Source: Takakia lepidozioides (Eukaryota > Plantae > Bryophyta). Taken from it: a DNA stretch of 64,000 nt. Both the position numbers and the translations under genes were made by a program. The notes under the pieces are model-generated. The model worked only from the letters and a program-made list of their open reading frames with translations. It searched no databases and was not told where the DNA came from. The stretch lies in NCBI GenBank assembly GCA_030704615.1, contig CM060733.1, positions 28,086,001 to 28,150,000 of the forward strand. The letters run 5' to 3'. Shown piece after piece: positions 1 to 13,320 of this stretch; position 1 is the first letter of the stretch, and each line of letters opens with the position of its first letter.

Positions 1-14
1 ATTGGGCGACGAGG

Positions 15-3000
15 TTGGCGTTCGATGTTCCTCTTCAACTGGGGAGTTGGGAGGGACGTGAGAACTTCACCGTCTGCGAGATCGATGGAGTGGATCTCAT
101 TTTGGGGATGACCTTTTTGAGCAAATCCGGAGCGGTCATAGATGGCCGCAAGAGGGTAGTCATGCTGCCATGTTGGAATGGTGGCGAGGTCTTACAAGTT
201 TCGGAAACGCCCAAACCCGTGGGAGGGCGAATAAAACTGCTGTCAACAAGGGAGTGGGCCGTGGAGGAGCACACACGAGCCCCAGTTTTTGCTCTACATT
301 AGAGAAGTGAAGGGAGAAGGCGATGGAGAGCCGAACCCAGATTGGATCAAGGGGATTTTGGAGAAATACCATGATGTGATGCCGGAGGATTTGCCAAGCG
401 GCTTGCCACCGCGCGAAGAGGAGTTGACCACAAGATTGAGGTGATACCGGGATCGGAACCGCCTGCCAAGCGCCCCCTACCGGTTGAGCCACAGAGAGTT
501 GGTCGAGCTGAAGACCCAGCTCAAGGATCTAATGTCAAAGGGGTACATCCGGCCGAGTAAGTCACCCTACGGAGCCCCGGTGCTATTTGCAGACAAGAAG
601 GATGGGACGCTGCGGATGTGTGTCGATTACAGGGCTCTGAATAAGGTGACTATCAAAAACCGGTACCCTTTGCCAAGGATCGACGACCTTTTTGATCGGT
701 TGGCAGGAGCAAAGTATTTCAGCCGGATCGATCTGCGCTCCGGCTATCATCAAATTCGAGTGGCGGAAGGAGATGAGGAGAAGACCGCGTGCAGGACAAG
801 GTATGGTTCATATGAGTTATTGGTGATGCCTTTTGGGCTCACCAATGCACCAGCGACATTTAGCATGCTAATGAACAGCCTTTTCCAAGAGTGGTTGATG
901 ACTTTGTGATCGTGTACATCGACGACATCTTGGTGTATTCGAAAACAAGGACTTTGTGATCGTGTACATCGACGACATCTTGGTGTATTCGAAAACAAGG
1001 AGGGCCACCTGGAGTCACCTCAAAAGGGTGTTCCAGAAATTGCGAGAAGGGAAGCTGTATGCCAAAGCTTCAAAGTGCGAATTCGGGGTCAGAAAAGTGA
1101 GTTCCTGGGGCATGTGATTACACAGGATGGGATCAGAATGGATGACAGGAAGGTGAGGGCAATTTTGGACTGGGAGCCTCCGACTTCCCGTCCCGGGAGT
1201 GCGATCCTTCCTAGGACTTGTCTCCTATTACCACGGAAGTATGTGAGAAACTTTGCCAAATCGCGGGGGCCGCTGTCAGACCTTCTGTGTAAATCTAAAG
1301 TCTGGGCATGGAACACCTTTGTGGCCAAGCTTTTGGGCTGAATTGAAGCAGCGGATGGCGGAAGCTCCAGTCTTGAAAATCCCGGAGTTCGATCGTCCGT
1401 TCGAGATACATACAGATGCGTCGGACTTCGCGATTGGGGGTGTACTGATGCAAGATGGACGACCACTGGTTACGAAAGTAAGAAACTGAATGAAGTGGAG
1501 CCCAGTGGCCGACGCACGAGAAAGAGATGAAGGCGGTGGTGCCACTGTCTTGAGCTTTGGCGCCACTATATTGGTTCCAACCGGTGAGGTGTTCACGGAC
1601 AATGTCACGGTGAAGTATTTTGCCACGCAGCCCAAGTTGTCCCCAAAACAACTTAGGTGGCAAGATACTTTGGCGGTGTTCGACGTGGATATCCAGTACA
1701 AACCGGGACGAGACAACGTGGTGGCCGATGCTCTAAGTAGAAGCGCAGCAGCTCTTGTTGGTGTACAAGGGCGAGACGGCGCTCCAAAGGAAGATCCGGA
1801 AGGCTTGCCGGAAGGATGAGCTGCTGGCGAAGTCCGTGATGCAGGACTTGAGGATGGGGGTTAAATCGCAGTTCCACTTACAAAATGGACTGCTCCGGTA
1901 TAAGCAAAAGCGTCTTACTTGCCGAAGGGAGGGATCAGAGATAGCCTCTTGAGAGAATGCCATGATAGCCCGCTTGCGGGCCACGGCGGAGCCAAGCGCA
2001 CTGCGGCACTCTTGAAGAAAGAGTTTTCTGGCCCAAACTGAGGGAGGAGGCAGAGGAGTATGTCAAGACATGCACCACATGCAACAAAAAAACCGGAGCG
2101 AGTACAAAAAGCAAGCGGGGCTGTTTACAACCCTTGCCGATTCCAGAGGGGACTTGGGAAAGCGTCTCGATGGATTTCATGACTGCTATGCCGCTTGTCA
2201 AAAATTCGATGCAATCATGGTGGTGGTGGATAGGTTCAGTAAAATGGGCCATTTCATCCCCACCAAAGAGACGGCAACGGCGCAGGAGACATGGCGACTT
2301 TACTTTGCCCACGTCTTAAAGCATCATGGAGTCCCGAAGGATATTGTCTCGGACCGCGATCCAAAGTTTACGAGTAAATTTTGGAGGACACTTTGGAAGA
2401 AGATGGGACGAGGCTGAAGATGAGCACCGCCTTCCGACCTACGACCAACGGCCAAGCAGAAAGAGTGAATTCCGTAGTGAGCAGATCTTGCGGAATTACG
2501 TGTCGGCAGACCAAACAGACTGGGTGGAACACTTAGACGCGGCAGAGTTCTGATTATAATTAATAAACACAGAACACTCCGCAACGGGAGAGTTTCTCCT
2601 TTCGTATTGGTCTATGGAAAAGCACCTCTGTGCTGACAAGTTGGGCCGCCCAGGACGTTGAGGAACCGGCAGTAGCGGCGGTACTGGAAGAACGCGAGCG
2701 TTGTTGAAGCTCGCAAAGTACAACATTGCCAAAGCTAGGAAACAGTATGAAAGGCAGGCGAATCGGAAGCGGAGGGAAGTGAAGTTGCAGGCACGGAGGT
2801 CTGGTTGAACATCAAGAATTTCCGACTACCTCCGGAAGTGAATCCGAAGTTCGTACCTCCGTATGTGGGACCCTTTCACATTCGGAAGGTTATGAATGAG
2901 GATGTGTATGAATTGGAGCTGCCGGCAAACAGCAAGGTGCACCCAGTATTCCATGTCTCCATTTTGAAGCCTTACTTCAAATATGAAGCGCGTCCGAATC

Positions 3001-3237
3001 GGCATCAAGTGTTACGTCCGCTACCTGTGCTGTGGATCATGAAAATTGAACCTGAGTACGAGGTGGAGGCAGTTTCTTAAGTCGAGGAGGTTCAAGAACC
3101 GAGAAACGGAGTATCTCGTCAAATGAAAGGGCTATCATCATGTGGAGGCATCTTGGGTGCGTGCCTCAGAAATGGGAAACGCATCCGAGGCGGTTGTAGT
3201 TTTCGAAGGGCAACCTCAAAAGCGGAAGAAGCGTTGA
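15..3237 (+). pseudogene. Frameshifted pol (PR-RT-RH-INT-chromodomain) of family A
   Basis: The domains are spread over many short ORFs in different frames (15..302, 484..909, 1075..1341, 1253..1489, 1490..1819, 2070..2417, 2805..3080). Confidence 0.93.
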
Positions 3238-4135
3238 TGGGGACATCAACCTTGGAGCGTGGGGGGGGAAATGCATGCTTAGCCCGGCTTAGCTAGCTTA
3301 GGAATCCGATTGCAAAAACTTGTATTGTACAAAAAATTGTTATAAAGGAAATGGGTTCCAAATTTTGTGCGTCCTATTTTGTTTGGAATGGTGATGCATG
3401 GTGTGGTTGGCTGTGTGTAGAATGCATGCTAGCTTACAAAAGTGGGAGAGGTAAATTGGGTTAATCGTGTGTTTGCGCAGTGCCGAAATCGGGTGACTCC
3501 CATCCAAGGGGCAAAGAAACTTGCACCTTCTTTGGGAGTTCACGTGCTAGTGCGCACCTGGCGCATGCGCATACTATAACTACGCTACCGAGGGGGTTGC
3601 TTGTAGTGCGGGCTAACGCGGAAGCTACGGCTTCCGTTCACGTACTATAATCGTGTAGCCTCGGGACGAAGTCGTAGTGCGGCTTCGGCGTGTTCCCGTA
3701 CCTCAGGCCAGCATTCCAAGGCGGACCCAATTGTAGTGATTGGGGCGCACGGTTGATTCAAGGTTATCTTCCTAGTCAAAGAGGGTTCCAGGTGAACCCT
3801 TGCTCAAGGTGAGGCAAAAGGGGAATGCAGAGCGGTCGCAAGCAATGTTGTTGCAGTAAGGCGATTCGATCCTCGGGGAGCGTTCCTTGGCCTTGAAGTA
3901 GGCCAAGAAGAGTGCACTGAGAGGAGCTGGAGAGGCTCCACCCTTGGCCGGGACTTGGAGGAAGTCGGCCGAACTAGCTAGTGAGAGTAGAGTCAAGTGT
4001 GGGGTTTGGTTCTTTGCCATGGGACGCCATGGTACGGAAACAAACTCCTTGATGTGGGATGCCACAACTTGGATGTTCGTTTCTACAAAATGGACAAGTC
4101 GATGAGGACATCGACTCCCTGTTGGTAGGGGTGTG

Positions 4136-4870
4136 TATCGCGGCCCTTTGCCTTGAGGGCAGGGGGGTCGGGACACATAAGGGGCTGCCCCTGTGGTGGG
4201 GGCAGCGCCAGCGATAGGTATGGGGGGGCTGAAGCACCCTTGAGTGCCCAGGCACTCAAGGAGGCGGAGGCGCTCACTAGGTGGAGCCCGCACACCGGGT
4301 TGCGGTGGGGGTGGGGGTGGCTCCACAAGGGGTGGTGGTAGCTTAGCGGGACTTAGTGGGGGTGGCATAGGACTCACCATGGGGGCGGAGACCTCGTGGT
4401 GGGAGTCGTGGGGAGTCTTGGGACTCATCACGGTCCATAGGGGCCGTGGTGAGTGGGCCAAGACTCACCGTGACTCATCACCGGGAGTCGAGGGTTTTCG
4501 TGGTGGTTCGCCATAAAATGGCATGGCTGGTTGTGAAACCCCCGCAGACAGCTACAGAAGTATATATAAGGGGAGTAGTGACCCCGAGAACGGTGCAAGC
4601 CCGTTGGTGACCAAAAACTAGTGAGTAAGCGAGCGAGCCGGAAAGCGACCAAAGAGTGGGGAGCTGTTCCGGACTGCCATCTACCAAAGGGAATTCCACT
4701 AGGCCCAAATAGGTGGAGGGTTTAGTGGGAGAGCGAAGGGGGGACCGTTATGTCCCGGTGAGCAGCCGAAGCTCCAAGTTGGCCTGGCGGCCAGGTTGGG
4801 AGTCAGGCGCGCGCATCAAAGCGAGTAACTATGACTTGAAGGGGAGCTTACCGAAGTGAGGTGCGCGACA
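4136..4870 (+). repeat. 3' LTR of family A
   Basis: Termini T(A)TCGCG...CGCGACA, preceded by purine-rich GGTAGGGG. TATA-like TATATATAAG at about 4561. Homologous to the reverse complement of 27634-28361, which is followed by a tRNA-Met PBS. Confidence 0.9.
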
Positions 4871-5249
4871 CCTCGAGTATTTTATGAGTGTTCGTGTTTT
4901 AAATCGACGTCAAGCAAGATGGAGTATGTCACTAGCAAGGTTTGATTTTGTTATTACCTACCGTCCCGGACATCTTCAAGGAAAACTAGATGCTCTTTCT
5001 CGACGATTGTATCTTGCGCCAAAGGAAGGGGATGCAGCTTTTGACCAACAAAAATTCATTATTTTGAAACCAGCAAATCTCCAATTGAATATGCTATCCA
5101 TGTCCACCTATGACGATGCAGTGATCATAAAGGAGATTTAGGAAGCACTGAAGAGCGACCAATTTGCTACGACACTACGAAGTCAATTAAATCGACCTCG
5201 AGACAATCCACGTGTTACAAACGACTTTGAGTTCAAAGATGACTTATTT

Positions 5250-7876
5250 TGTAGTGTGAATGCAGGGGGGTGACATTGAAATTTTTGTTTTTACTCACTG
5301 AGATTCTGCATTTCTACAAAGGAAGGGCCCTGGTACCAATGTGAAAATAGGTTGAGTTGTCACTGTAATTTATTCCATACATGTTTCTAGGTTACATCAT
5401 GGGAACGATGGGGCACTCTTGGCCAGGATGAAAATGCTCAATTTATTTCATACATGCTATGGGCGGAATTCATCCCTGCCTACAGGTTATTTCATGGGCA
5501 CACTATGCTGATACTTTGCCAGGATGAAAGTGGCTAAGTCATGACCAGACGTATTTTCATCCGGAGGATGAATGGATTACATCCATGCTTACTGGATGAC
5601 TCCCAGGAACGAGGACGAAGGATCCAGTGCCAAGGATGCAATGAATTTGTGATTAACTCTGTTAATGAAACCTAGCACGTTTTCCGTTCGTGAAAATGGA
5701 TGACTTTCATCACTGGCGGTTACCCTAGAAACGCGGGACGAGGAAGACGAAGGGGAAGATGACGGGGGCTCTAAGCAAATGTTGCAAACAGTGGAATTGG
5801 CATGGCATTGTGTCAAGGGCGATTGCATCTACACTGGGGCATTCTGGCTTGCATTAAGGGAAGTTTTAATGTAGAGGATAAGGGCACAGCTTGGTAATCT
5901 GTGCAGCAGGGGAAGCGGTGCCACCATCTTCTTGGTAATGATCAATTTCTGGAGGATATACTTACAGGGAGATCGGTGTGGCATGCGATGGAGCAATCAG
6001 TTAACAGGCGGTGCCGTCGCTGCTATGGTGAATGGGTAGCTTAGGGCTTGCTGGAGGATAATCGTGCAGGGAACAGCTTGGAAGAGTTGTGCTCAAGCCA
6101 GGTGAAGGGAGGCGGTGCTGTCACTAATCTTGTGCACCCACTAGAGCCGCCATTGCCTTGATGAACATGATCATGGGAGGATGAGCTTGCAAGGAAAACG
6201 GCCAGCTGCCAGAGAACAGGGAGGTGGGGTTGCTGGCACAGTCAATGGAGAGTTAGGATGAGGAGCAGCTCGACATAATGAGCATCTGCCAGAGCGAATG
6301 AGGGATTGGCTTGTGGATGGTGACTCAGGTTATCTGTAAATAAGGAGGCAAAGAGTGAAATGTACAAAGCAAGAAGCTTTCAGATGATGACTGTCTTCTT
6401 GTTATAAGATCATATTAGATCTTAGGGTAGATTAGCAGAGATGGTGGGATAGGGTAATTAGTTGGTAAGCGACAGGGTTACTGCCAATGACTGAAGCAGA
6501 GCCGTCACGACTCACTGAACGCTTGAATCGACGAATATCTGAAAGGTAGAGTGGCAGAGCGATGACAGGATCTGACATGCATAGATCTTTGTTTTTACAA
6601 CGTGGCATCCAGACGACAAGAGGAGTTAGGGTAGCTGCTGACAGAGATGGTGAGGTGCCATTTCGGGCAGGCAATCCCACCGCTTCACCTGGAGTATAAG
6701 ACAGCTAAGTTCGTAGATGCATGGCTCTTCTCTCAGACTTAGGAATAGTGGCTTCTTTTTCACTTAGGAATAGTTGTTGTTGCTTGGACTTAGGAGCTCT
6801 CAAGCAAGACTGATGTAGGAGATAAGATTTTGAGAAATGGAATGGAGGTGGTCTGACTTCAAACTAGGGAGATTGTAGAGAGGATGTGAGAGGATGCATA
6901 TGTCCCTGGGGATATTGATTAGAGGGCAGATGCAGTCCCACCATAGTCACTGAGTGTATGATATTTCTTTTGTTTTAGATCAACTGTTTCCACTAGCGTG
7001 AATCTGGACCCAATGTTGCATTGAAGATTGATGTCAAATGTACATGCAATTTTGAGCACAGTAGAGCACAAACCAGTAGGATTAGCTGCCTTTTTAACAA
7101 TAGAAAGATGAGGGTGATGGTGTTTCATTGGAGAACTAGGGTATCCTGAATTTATGTGGCATGCATACATTAGAGGGATGAAGTGGAAAATTATCTTAAG
7201 TTGTTTAGTGTAGTTGCCTTACTGAAGCTGAAACCTAAAGTTTGATCCCAGAATGAAGGATTTAGTTTGGGAACTCTGTTGGTTCAAAGCTGAATGCAAA
7301 AATGTAAGGATGGGGTAGAATGTAGATATAGATAATGGGCTCTTTATCACTGACTGACAGACCTAAATTGTCTCTGAAAGCAATCAGAATGGAGGGCCTT
7401 GTTTGGGAAGAGAGAATGACCAAATAGGGAATGTGGGGCATCCTTGAGATATCAAATCACAAATTTTGTATCTGGTCTTGCTGGATGTGTTGCCTTGGTG
7501 TAATTGCACAGCATGTAGGAAGGGTGCAGTGTTCTACATGATACCCAAGGAATATTTTGTCATACAAGGGTGAGAAAAGAAATCTGGAGAGCTGCACAGA
7601 AACAGGAAGAACGAAGGGATAACCAGTTGTAAGCTGAGAGATAGAAATGGAGAAGCTTCCCAGTCCCATCCATGTTTTCTCTTCCGCTGCGGCATGGATG
7701 AGGGCATCTGGTCTCTGGTTACGAACAGTAAAGGGTCAATGATTGAGGATAGTGAGTTAGGGTAGCAAACTTGTCTTCACTAGGGTGTAGTGAGCTGGGG
7801 TAGCAAGCTTCTTTGCATTACGAACCAGATTTAGATTTTTACAGAAGGGATTCATGCCCTTCTTTTTCACACTACA
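5250..7876. mobile_element. 2.6 kb insertion with TGTAGTGTGAA...TTCACACTACA termini and ATTT 4 bp TSD (solo LTR or non-autonomous TIR element)
   Basis: Perfect 11 bp terminal inverted repeat. ATTT at 5246-5249 and 7877-7880. Excision restores GAC TTA TTT TAT TTC AAT GGA in family B pol. Confidence 0.88.
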
Positions 7877-8938
7877 ATTTTATTTCAATGGACTTCTCTA
7901 TGTACCTCCAGGACCTACACGACTTCGAATTCTTCAAACATGGCATGAAGCTGCAGGACATTTCGGCTTCAACAAAATAATGGAATTGATATCCAGGGAC
8001 TATTGGTGGCCGCAAATGTGGAAACTCGTGAAAGAATTTATAAAATCTTGCGACACGTGTGCTAGAGGGAAGGGACCACGACATCGACCTTACGGCCTTC
8101 TTCAACCATTACCCATTCACAAGGGTCCATGGTCATCCGTGTCTATGGACTTTATTACGGACCTTCCAATCTCCAAGACCACAGATTCAATCCTAGTTAT
8201 TGTAGATCGTTTTACGAAGATGACACATTTCATTCCGACGGTTACCGGCGAGGAAACTGCAAGACTCTTCCTTAAGAATATTTACCGCATTTATGGACTC
8301 CCGAAGGACATCGTATCTGATCGATGACCACAGTTCATATCAAATTTCTGGAGGGGATTATTTCACATATTGGATACTAAGATCAACTTTTCTACAACTA
8401 ATCATCCAGAGACTGATGGTCAAACCGAACGTGTAAACCAGATTTTGGAGCAGTATCTTCGCTGTACGATAAATTATCACCAAGATAATTGGACGGACCT
8501 TCTGTAATTGGCTGAGTTTGCCTACAACAACACTATACATTCTTCGACCCAGCAAACTCAATTTTTCTCCAATTATGGTCATCATCCTCGAGCAAACCCT
8601 TTCCACATGAAGACTGTTGGAAACCCTGCTGCAGAAAACCTTGCTACTCATCTTGCTACGATTCACAAGGAGCTTACATTCCACCTCGCAGAAGCTCAAA
8701 AACGATACAAGGAGTATGCAGATCAACGTCGCCAACTCCAACCCCAGTTCAAGGTCGGAGATTGTGTGTGGCTTCTTCGACGGGACATACAAACCTCGTG
8801 ACCATCAAAGAAGTTGGATTATCAACGCCTGGGCCCATTCAAAATTATTCGACAAGTAAATCCGGTCAGTTTTCGGCTTGAACTCCCACGAAGTATGCGC
8901 ATCCATCCAGTCTTTCATGTTTCATTAATGGAGTTGTA

Positions 8939-8968
8939 AACCCTATTTTAACTAATTCTGGACTTTTG
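8939..8968 (+). repeat. Left TIR AACCCTATTTTAACTAATTCTGGACTTTTG
   Basis: Reverse complement of 23276-23305 with 3 mismatches. Confidence 0.92.
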
Positions 8969-9299
8969 GCTTAAATCCGGACCAAACTTAATATGTATTT
9001 GAATTAAAATTAATTCAAATGTTAATAATGTCTTGGTTAGTAATATGTGATTGAACTTTGTGAGATTACAAGTGATGTCATACTTGCTTCAAAATGTAAC
9101 ATATAAGATGTCCATTTGACATTGAAGTGTTTGTGAAGTTGCAGTGTAACTGAACAATTCATTGAACGTCGATTGGGAAGTCGAATGATGTAATATTACA
9201 TTATGTTACGGTGGCCAGGCACAAGGTATAGGCCAAAGACAAGCTCAACATGGCCAAGGACGCGGAGGTCAGGGTGTTGACCAAGGCATGAACCATAAC

Positions 9300-10994
9300 G
9301 GACTCATTCCTCCAGCTATGGTACAGCCTTCTGCATGACTCTTGATGCCTCAAGTGCAAATCAAGCGCCCGCTTATGTGCGACCTGTTCGGAACTCATCT
9401 TAATCGACTTCTTGATCAAGTCCTTGAACATCTCGCATTCTGTGCACTTAGCAAAGGTGCTTCATGTTTTCCGAACCTCCACGTTAAGAAATATTCGATT
9501 CCGTATACGGCTTAGCTGGCTGCGAGACTCATTTCAAACCGAGCAGTCTGTTTGTCTGCACCCCAACTCCCCAATAATGTCAACGTCCACTGGGCAGTGG
9601 AGGTTCTACAAAATGGAAGAACAAGAAAACATGATGGCATCAAAAAGAATAAAATCATCCACAATATTTTGAAAAACGAAAGGGGACAACGAATAAAAGT
9701 CACCTCGTTAGACTCCTCTCGAATTCTTTTCCAGTTCATTTCGGGTGGCAAAATTCTCAAAGTATCCTGACGTCCCTCTCCAATGCAACGTGTTTTGTGA
9801 GGCATAAGGTCAGTATTGGCATTGATAATAGACATAATATTCCCCTCTGCCTGGAGTGTCCCTGGTCGCGGCCGCTTGACGCCACGATTTCCGTGGAAAG
9901 ATGACAAATAGCCCTCTTTACTGAGCTTTTTGTACTCCATGTACGTTGACCTTCCAATTCCGTGTATTATCCACCATGCTTTCTCACAAACATCAACACC
10001 TTCTATCGTAACATATCACATGCGCGATGACCCATCCATAATGTGAAGTCGTTTTGAAACATTCAATCCAAGTTCTCTTCTCTCATCGAATGACGAACCC
10101 CAAAATGCAGTACAAATTGCCAAGGTTTTTCTCCAATCAAAATACTGACAGCACTGAAGCTTGCACCAAGGTTTGCTGCTCACCGACCTCACTTCATCCA
10201 AAAGTAAGATTTTTCTTTCAGTTTTTTGAGTCCTCCATATTGGATGGATTCTTCTTCCTAGTAAAATGCATGTATGTTGCTTTCAATACGCCTGTACCAT
10301 GGTCATCATTCTCCATGTCACTGCATGATCGTAGGAAATTTTCGAGATCAACGGAGAGTATCCGGCCATTTTCAAGAAGTCTTGTTTTTGTTAACAGCCA
10401 TTTCACAATCGACATCAGTGAACCGGACTCTCCAGAGATTGTTCTGGTGACCAGAACCCCAACATCGTCCTCTCCGAGTTTGTCATTCAGAATGATCTCG
10501 TTAGGAATGCATGCCTGCATTCGGCCTTCGAACAAGGCGTTTCCGTCCTCCCCAAGAAGAAGACACTGCAAGTTTCTCCAACAATCTCTCCCCAGACCTG
10601 CAAGCAGATCCCCTTCAGTCTCACCGTTGGACAGAATATCATTGCTTTCAGTGCTTTGACATTGATAATCACTATCTTCTGTGATGGAATGACATCCTGG
10701 GTTTCTTAGGGATGCTGAATCCACAGTTTCATGCGTGCGAACAAAGGACACGTCCCACACAACTGGAGTCCCAATCACCTCCTTCAATGTGTCAGCATCC
10801 ATGTGTCGATAAGACAGAGGACAGGAGCTGAATGCGTCATCACAAAAGATCAGGGTAACTGAAATGGTGGACGAACACAAGTGGTGTCCGTGGCAAGTTC
10901 CATCCCTAGAAACATTCAGGCAATCTCCTGAGGCAACAACTGAAGGAGATCCAGGAAGCGACAGAAACACACTTTGGCCTACTTGGAACCCCAT
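9300..10994 (-). pseudogene. Truncated transposase-like gene: two tandem Tnp1/En-Spm-associated-like domains plus a C/H-rich N-terminal half; catalytic core absent
   Basis: Reads MGFQVGQ..CHGHHL..TLKEVIGTPVVW, then WCKLQCCQYF, VCEKAWWIIHGI, FHGNRG, DLMPH. A GT-AG intron spans 9556-9703, followed by FAKCTECE..HLRHQESCRRLYHSWRNES and then unrelated sequence. Frameshift at about 10215 and an in-frame TGA at 10016. The family call is from motif recall. Confidence 0.7.
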
Positions 10995-11499
10995 GAAGTT
11001 AGTAACCTCCACTGGGCAGTGGAGGTTCAGTAAAATCCTATTGCAGGATTGAAGATTAACTGAAGGAAAGAACGTCGTGCCACCGAAAGGAGAAACTTTA
11101 AGTATAACTTTTTCGACGGTTTAGAATGAGAAAAACAATATGGATTGAAAAAGTAAAGTCAATGTTTGGATCTACACTGGGACTGATGAAACACATTGGA
11201 ATTAAATTGGAGTATGAAGGCGGAGTATAGACTACATCGATCTGAACTGTCAGATGAAGTCACAAATGCCAACCTCCACTGGAGAGTGGAGGTTGGATGA
11301 TATCTGTTGATGAAATCAACCACATGGATGAACAATGGATAATGAAGAAGCCCTCTATAGATGAAAAATTGATTCTATGGATGGATGAATATTAATGTGG
11401 CGACTGCCCAGTGGAGGTTTGGGAGTAACTTTAGACAAACAAAAGGAAGTTTAGCTGGTGCACATGGAGAGTACACAAAAAAATGAGAATCATACTATC

Positions 11500-13320
11500 C
11501 TACGTGAGAAATGTGCAGTTGACATCTGAGACTAAGGAAGCAGGGAGAGACTCAGAGGCTGCTTCAGAAGTACCCTATGGGCAGAGTGGTGCAGGACAGA
11601 CAAAGAGATACACGTTGTCCAGAGAGGTGCAGGATGTCCAGAGAGGTGCGTGAGAGAAAAGCAAGTGAGAGGTTCAAAGTGGGAAGTTGGTGTTGTGTGG
11701 AGTCGGACGTTATATAGAGGTGACATGTAATTTTCATCTTTGAATCGCTCCAATGGCAGTGTGGTATGCTTTCTCTCCCGGATCGATTGTGGCCACCGTG
11801 GATTAAGGCGGAATCGAACGGCTTATTTCATTCGCGAAATCACAGTTTCATTGAAAGTGTGCACAATTTTCCATTTATTGACAGCAGCCATTGTCACATT
11901 AATTATGGAACAAACGATAACAGCCGCGATCAGACTGAATTCTATCGTACTTGTACGTTAGTAGGACTACAAGTCTGGCATCATAATCGTGCGGCTCTGA
12001 CAGCAGACTATGGAATAAGCGTGAAGGATGTCGATTCTGACAAGTGGCTTGGAGAAATGAAGTCAGGCGGCTAATCGCCACCACTTATTCTGGAGTGCAC
12101 ATTAACAATCGATCATTATAATTAGCTGGGAGGAATCCGGAGGTGAACCATAAAGCACTTTGAGATTGTTCTGTTTATATTTATCGTGTTGTTACAGTGA
12201 ATAAAACACTTGGGCAGGGCGGGGCATTTCATGCCGGTGCATTGCATTGGACAGCGAGAGCGGTGCATTACAGGTGTGCGGAATGCTTTGCCGTGCATTG
12301 CTTGCTTGCACATGTTTAATGTAGGGATGGACCCCTCGTGTCGAGTATCCCTCGATAAATGGGCAGTCCCTATGGTGGCTCTGGACCTTAAATCGAGGAA
12401 TGCCCGACACGAGGGGCCATCTACTATCCTTAAAGCCGTATGTCACATGGCACTTGCGGGTGTTGTCAAGGAATATTGACGCCTGGCGGCTAACAGCCGA
12501 AAGTGATTGTGGACGGCTCATAATGAGACAATGATTATAGAGTGTGAGGAATCCGTAGGTACAGCGCTGTGTCCTCTGGCAGATTGAGTTTGAAACGACT
12601 GCCTAGGCGTGTCACATGGGTGGTCACATGTGCGTTTGGGGCGTGGGTTAAGGTTTGTTGGCATCGAATCTATTTTAAGATTTTTGTAAGCGTGAGGGTT
12701 GCAGAGTCTGATCAATGGCGTCATTACAATCATTTCGTCCTTTTTTCATTCGTCTATCCAGTCGTCTGTCCAAACGTGTATGCATTCGTGGAACAAAAGT
12801 TGAACTAATTTCATCTGTGTGGATGGACAGTATTAATGTTAGTTTGCGTGGATGGGGCAGAACATCCATTTGGGCCGCGCGACCGTTCGATTTTGGACGG
12901 AGGCGATGGTTCAGATTATCCTTGAAGGTCGCTTATAAGGGGTCCGCTCTTTGACCCCAGCCTTTGGGCTTCCCATTTTCTACGCGTAAGCGCTACGCGA
13001 GTGAGAGCTTAACAGTTGAGAGAGGAGAGCGTGAAAGAGAAGAGTTTTGGAGTTCGTTTTGCAGCGACTGGACACTGGAGCGTGGAGAGAAAGAAAGCAG
13101 ACTTGGCCGAGTGCAGAGAGAGGAGAGGGTAAAAGGTGAGAGAGTGAAATAGGCGAAATTTGAAGAGCGGGGAGGAGAGACCGGACAGTGGCGAGTGGAG
13201 ATTGGCGAGTGGAGAGGCGAGAACACAGTGCAATTACCGGCAGGCGGAGGTGCGTAAGAGAGTATCAAACAAAGGACTGTGGTTGCAAGGGCACCAAAAT
13301 GGCCGGCACAAGCAGGTACA
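11500..13320. promoter_or_regulatory. Putative divergent promoter and 5'UTR region between the transposase (-) and cargo (+)
   Basis: TATATA at about 11711 with a CT-rich leader on the minus strand. TATAAG at about 12934 followed by a GA-rich leader (13000-13260), a donor-like CAG|GTAC at about 13315 and a T-rich intron-like tract. Confidence 0.4.

Larger units (their letters stand above)
1..4870 (+). mobile_element. Ty3/Gypsy chromovirus LTR retrotransposon, family A (3' part; 5' part lies outside the window), degenerate
   Basis: Protease end (VDLILGMTFL), RT ([33 protein letters not shown]), RNase H (HTDASDFAIGGVL), integrase ([22 protein letters not shown]), chromodomain (PEYEVEAV..EYLVK) to about 3237. 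A 3' LTR at 4136-4870 ends in CGCGACA. Confidence 0.95.

Noticed and set aside
3772-4461. 229 aa Pro-rich minus-strand ORF as a gene
   Set aside because: It runs antisense through the G-rich LTR and shows no domain motif; likely a compositional artefact.
8931-8950. piggyBac assignment from the TAAA-CCCT left end
   Set aside because: The host frame is restored with a TGTA duplication, not TTAA, and the right end is not AGGG-TTAA.
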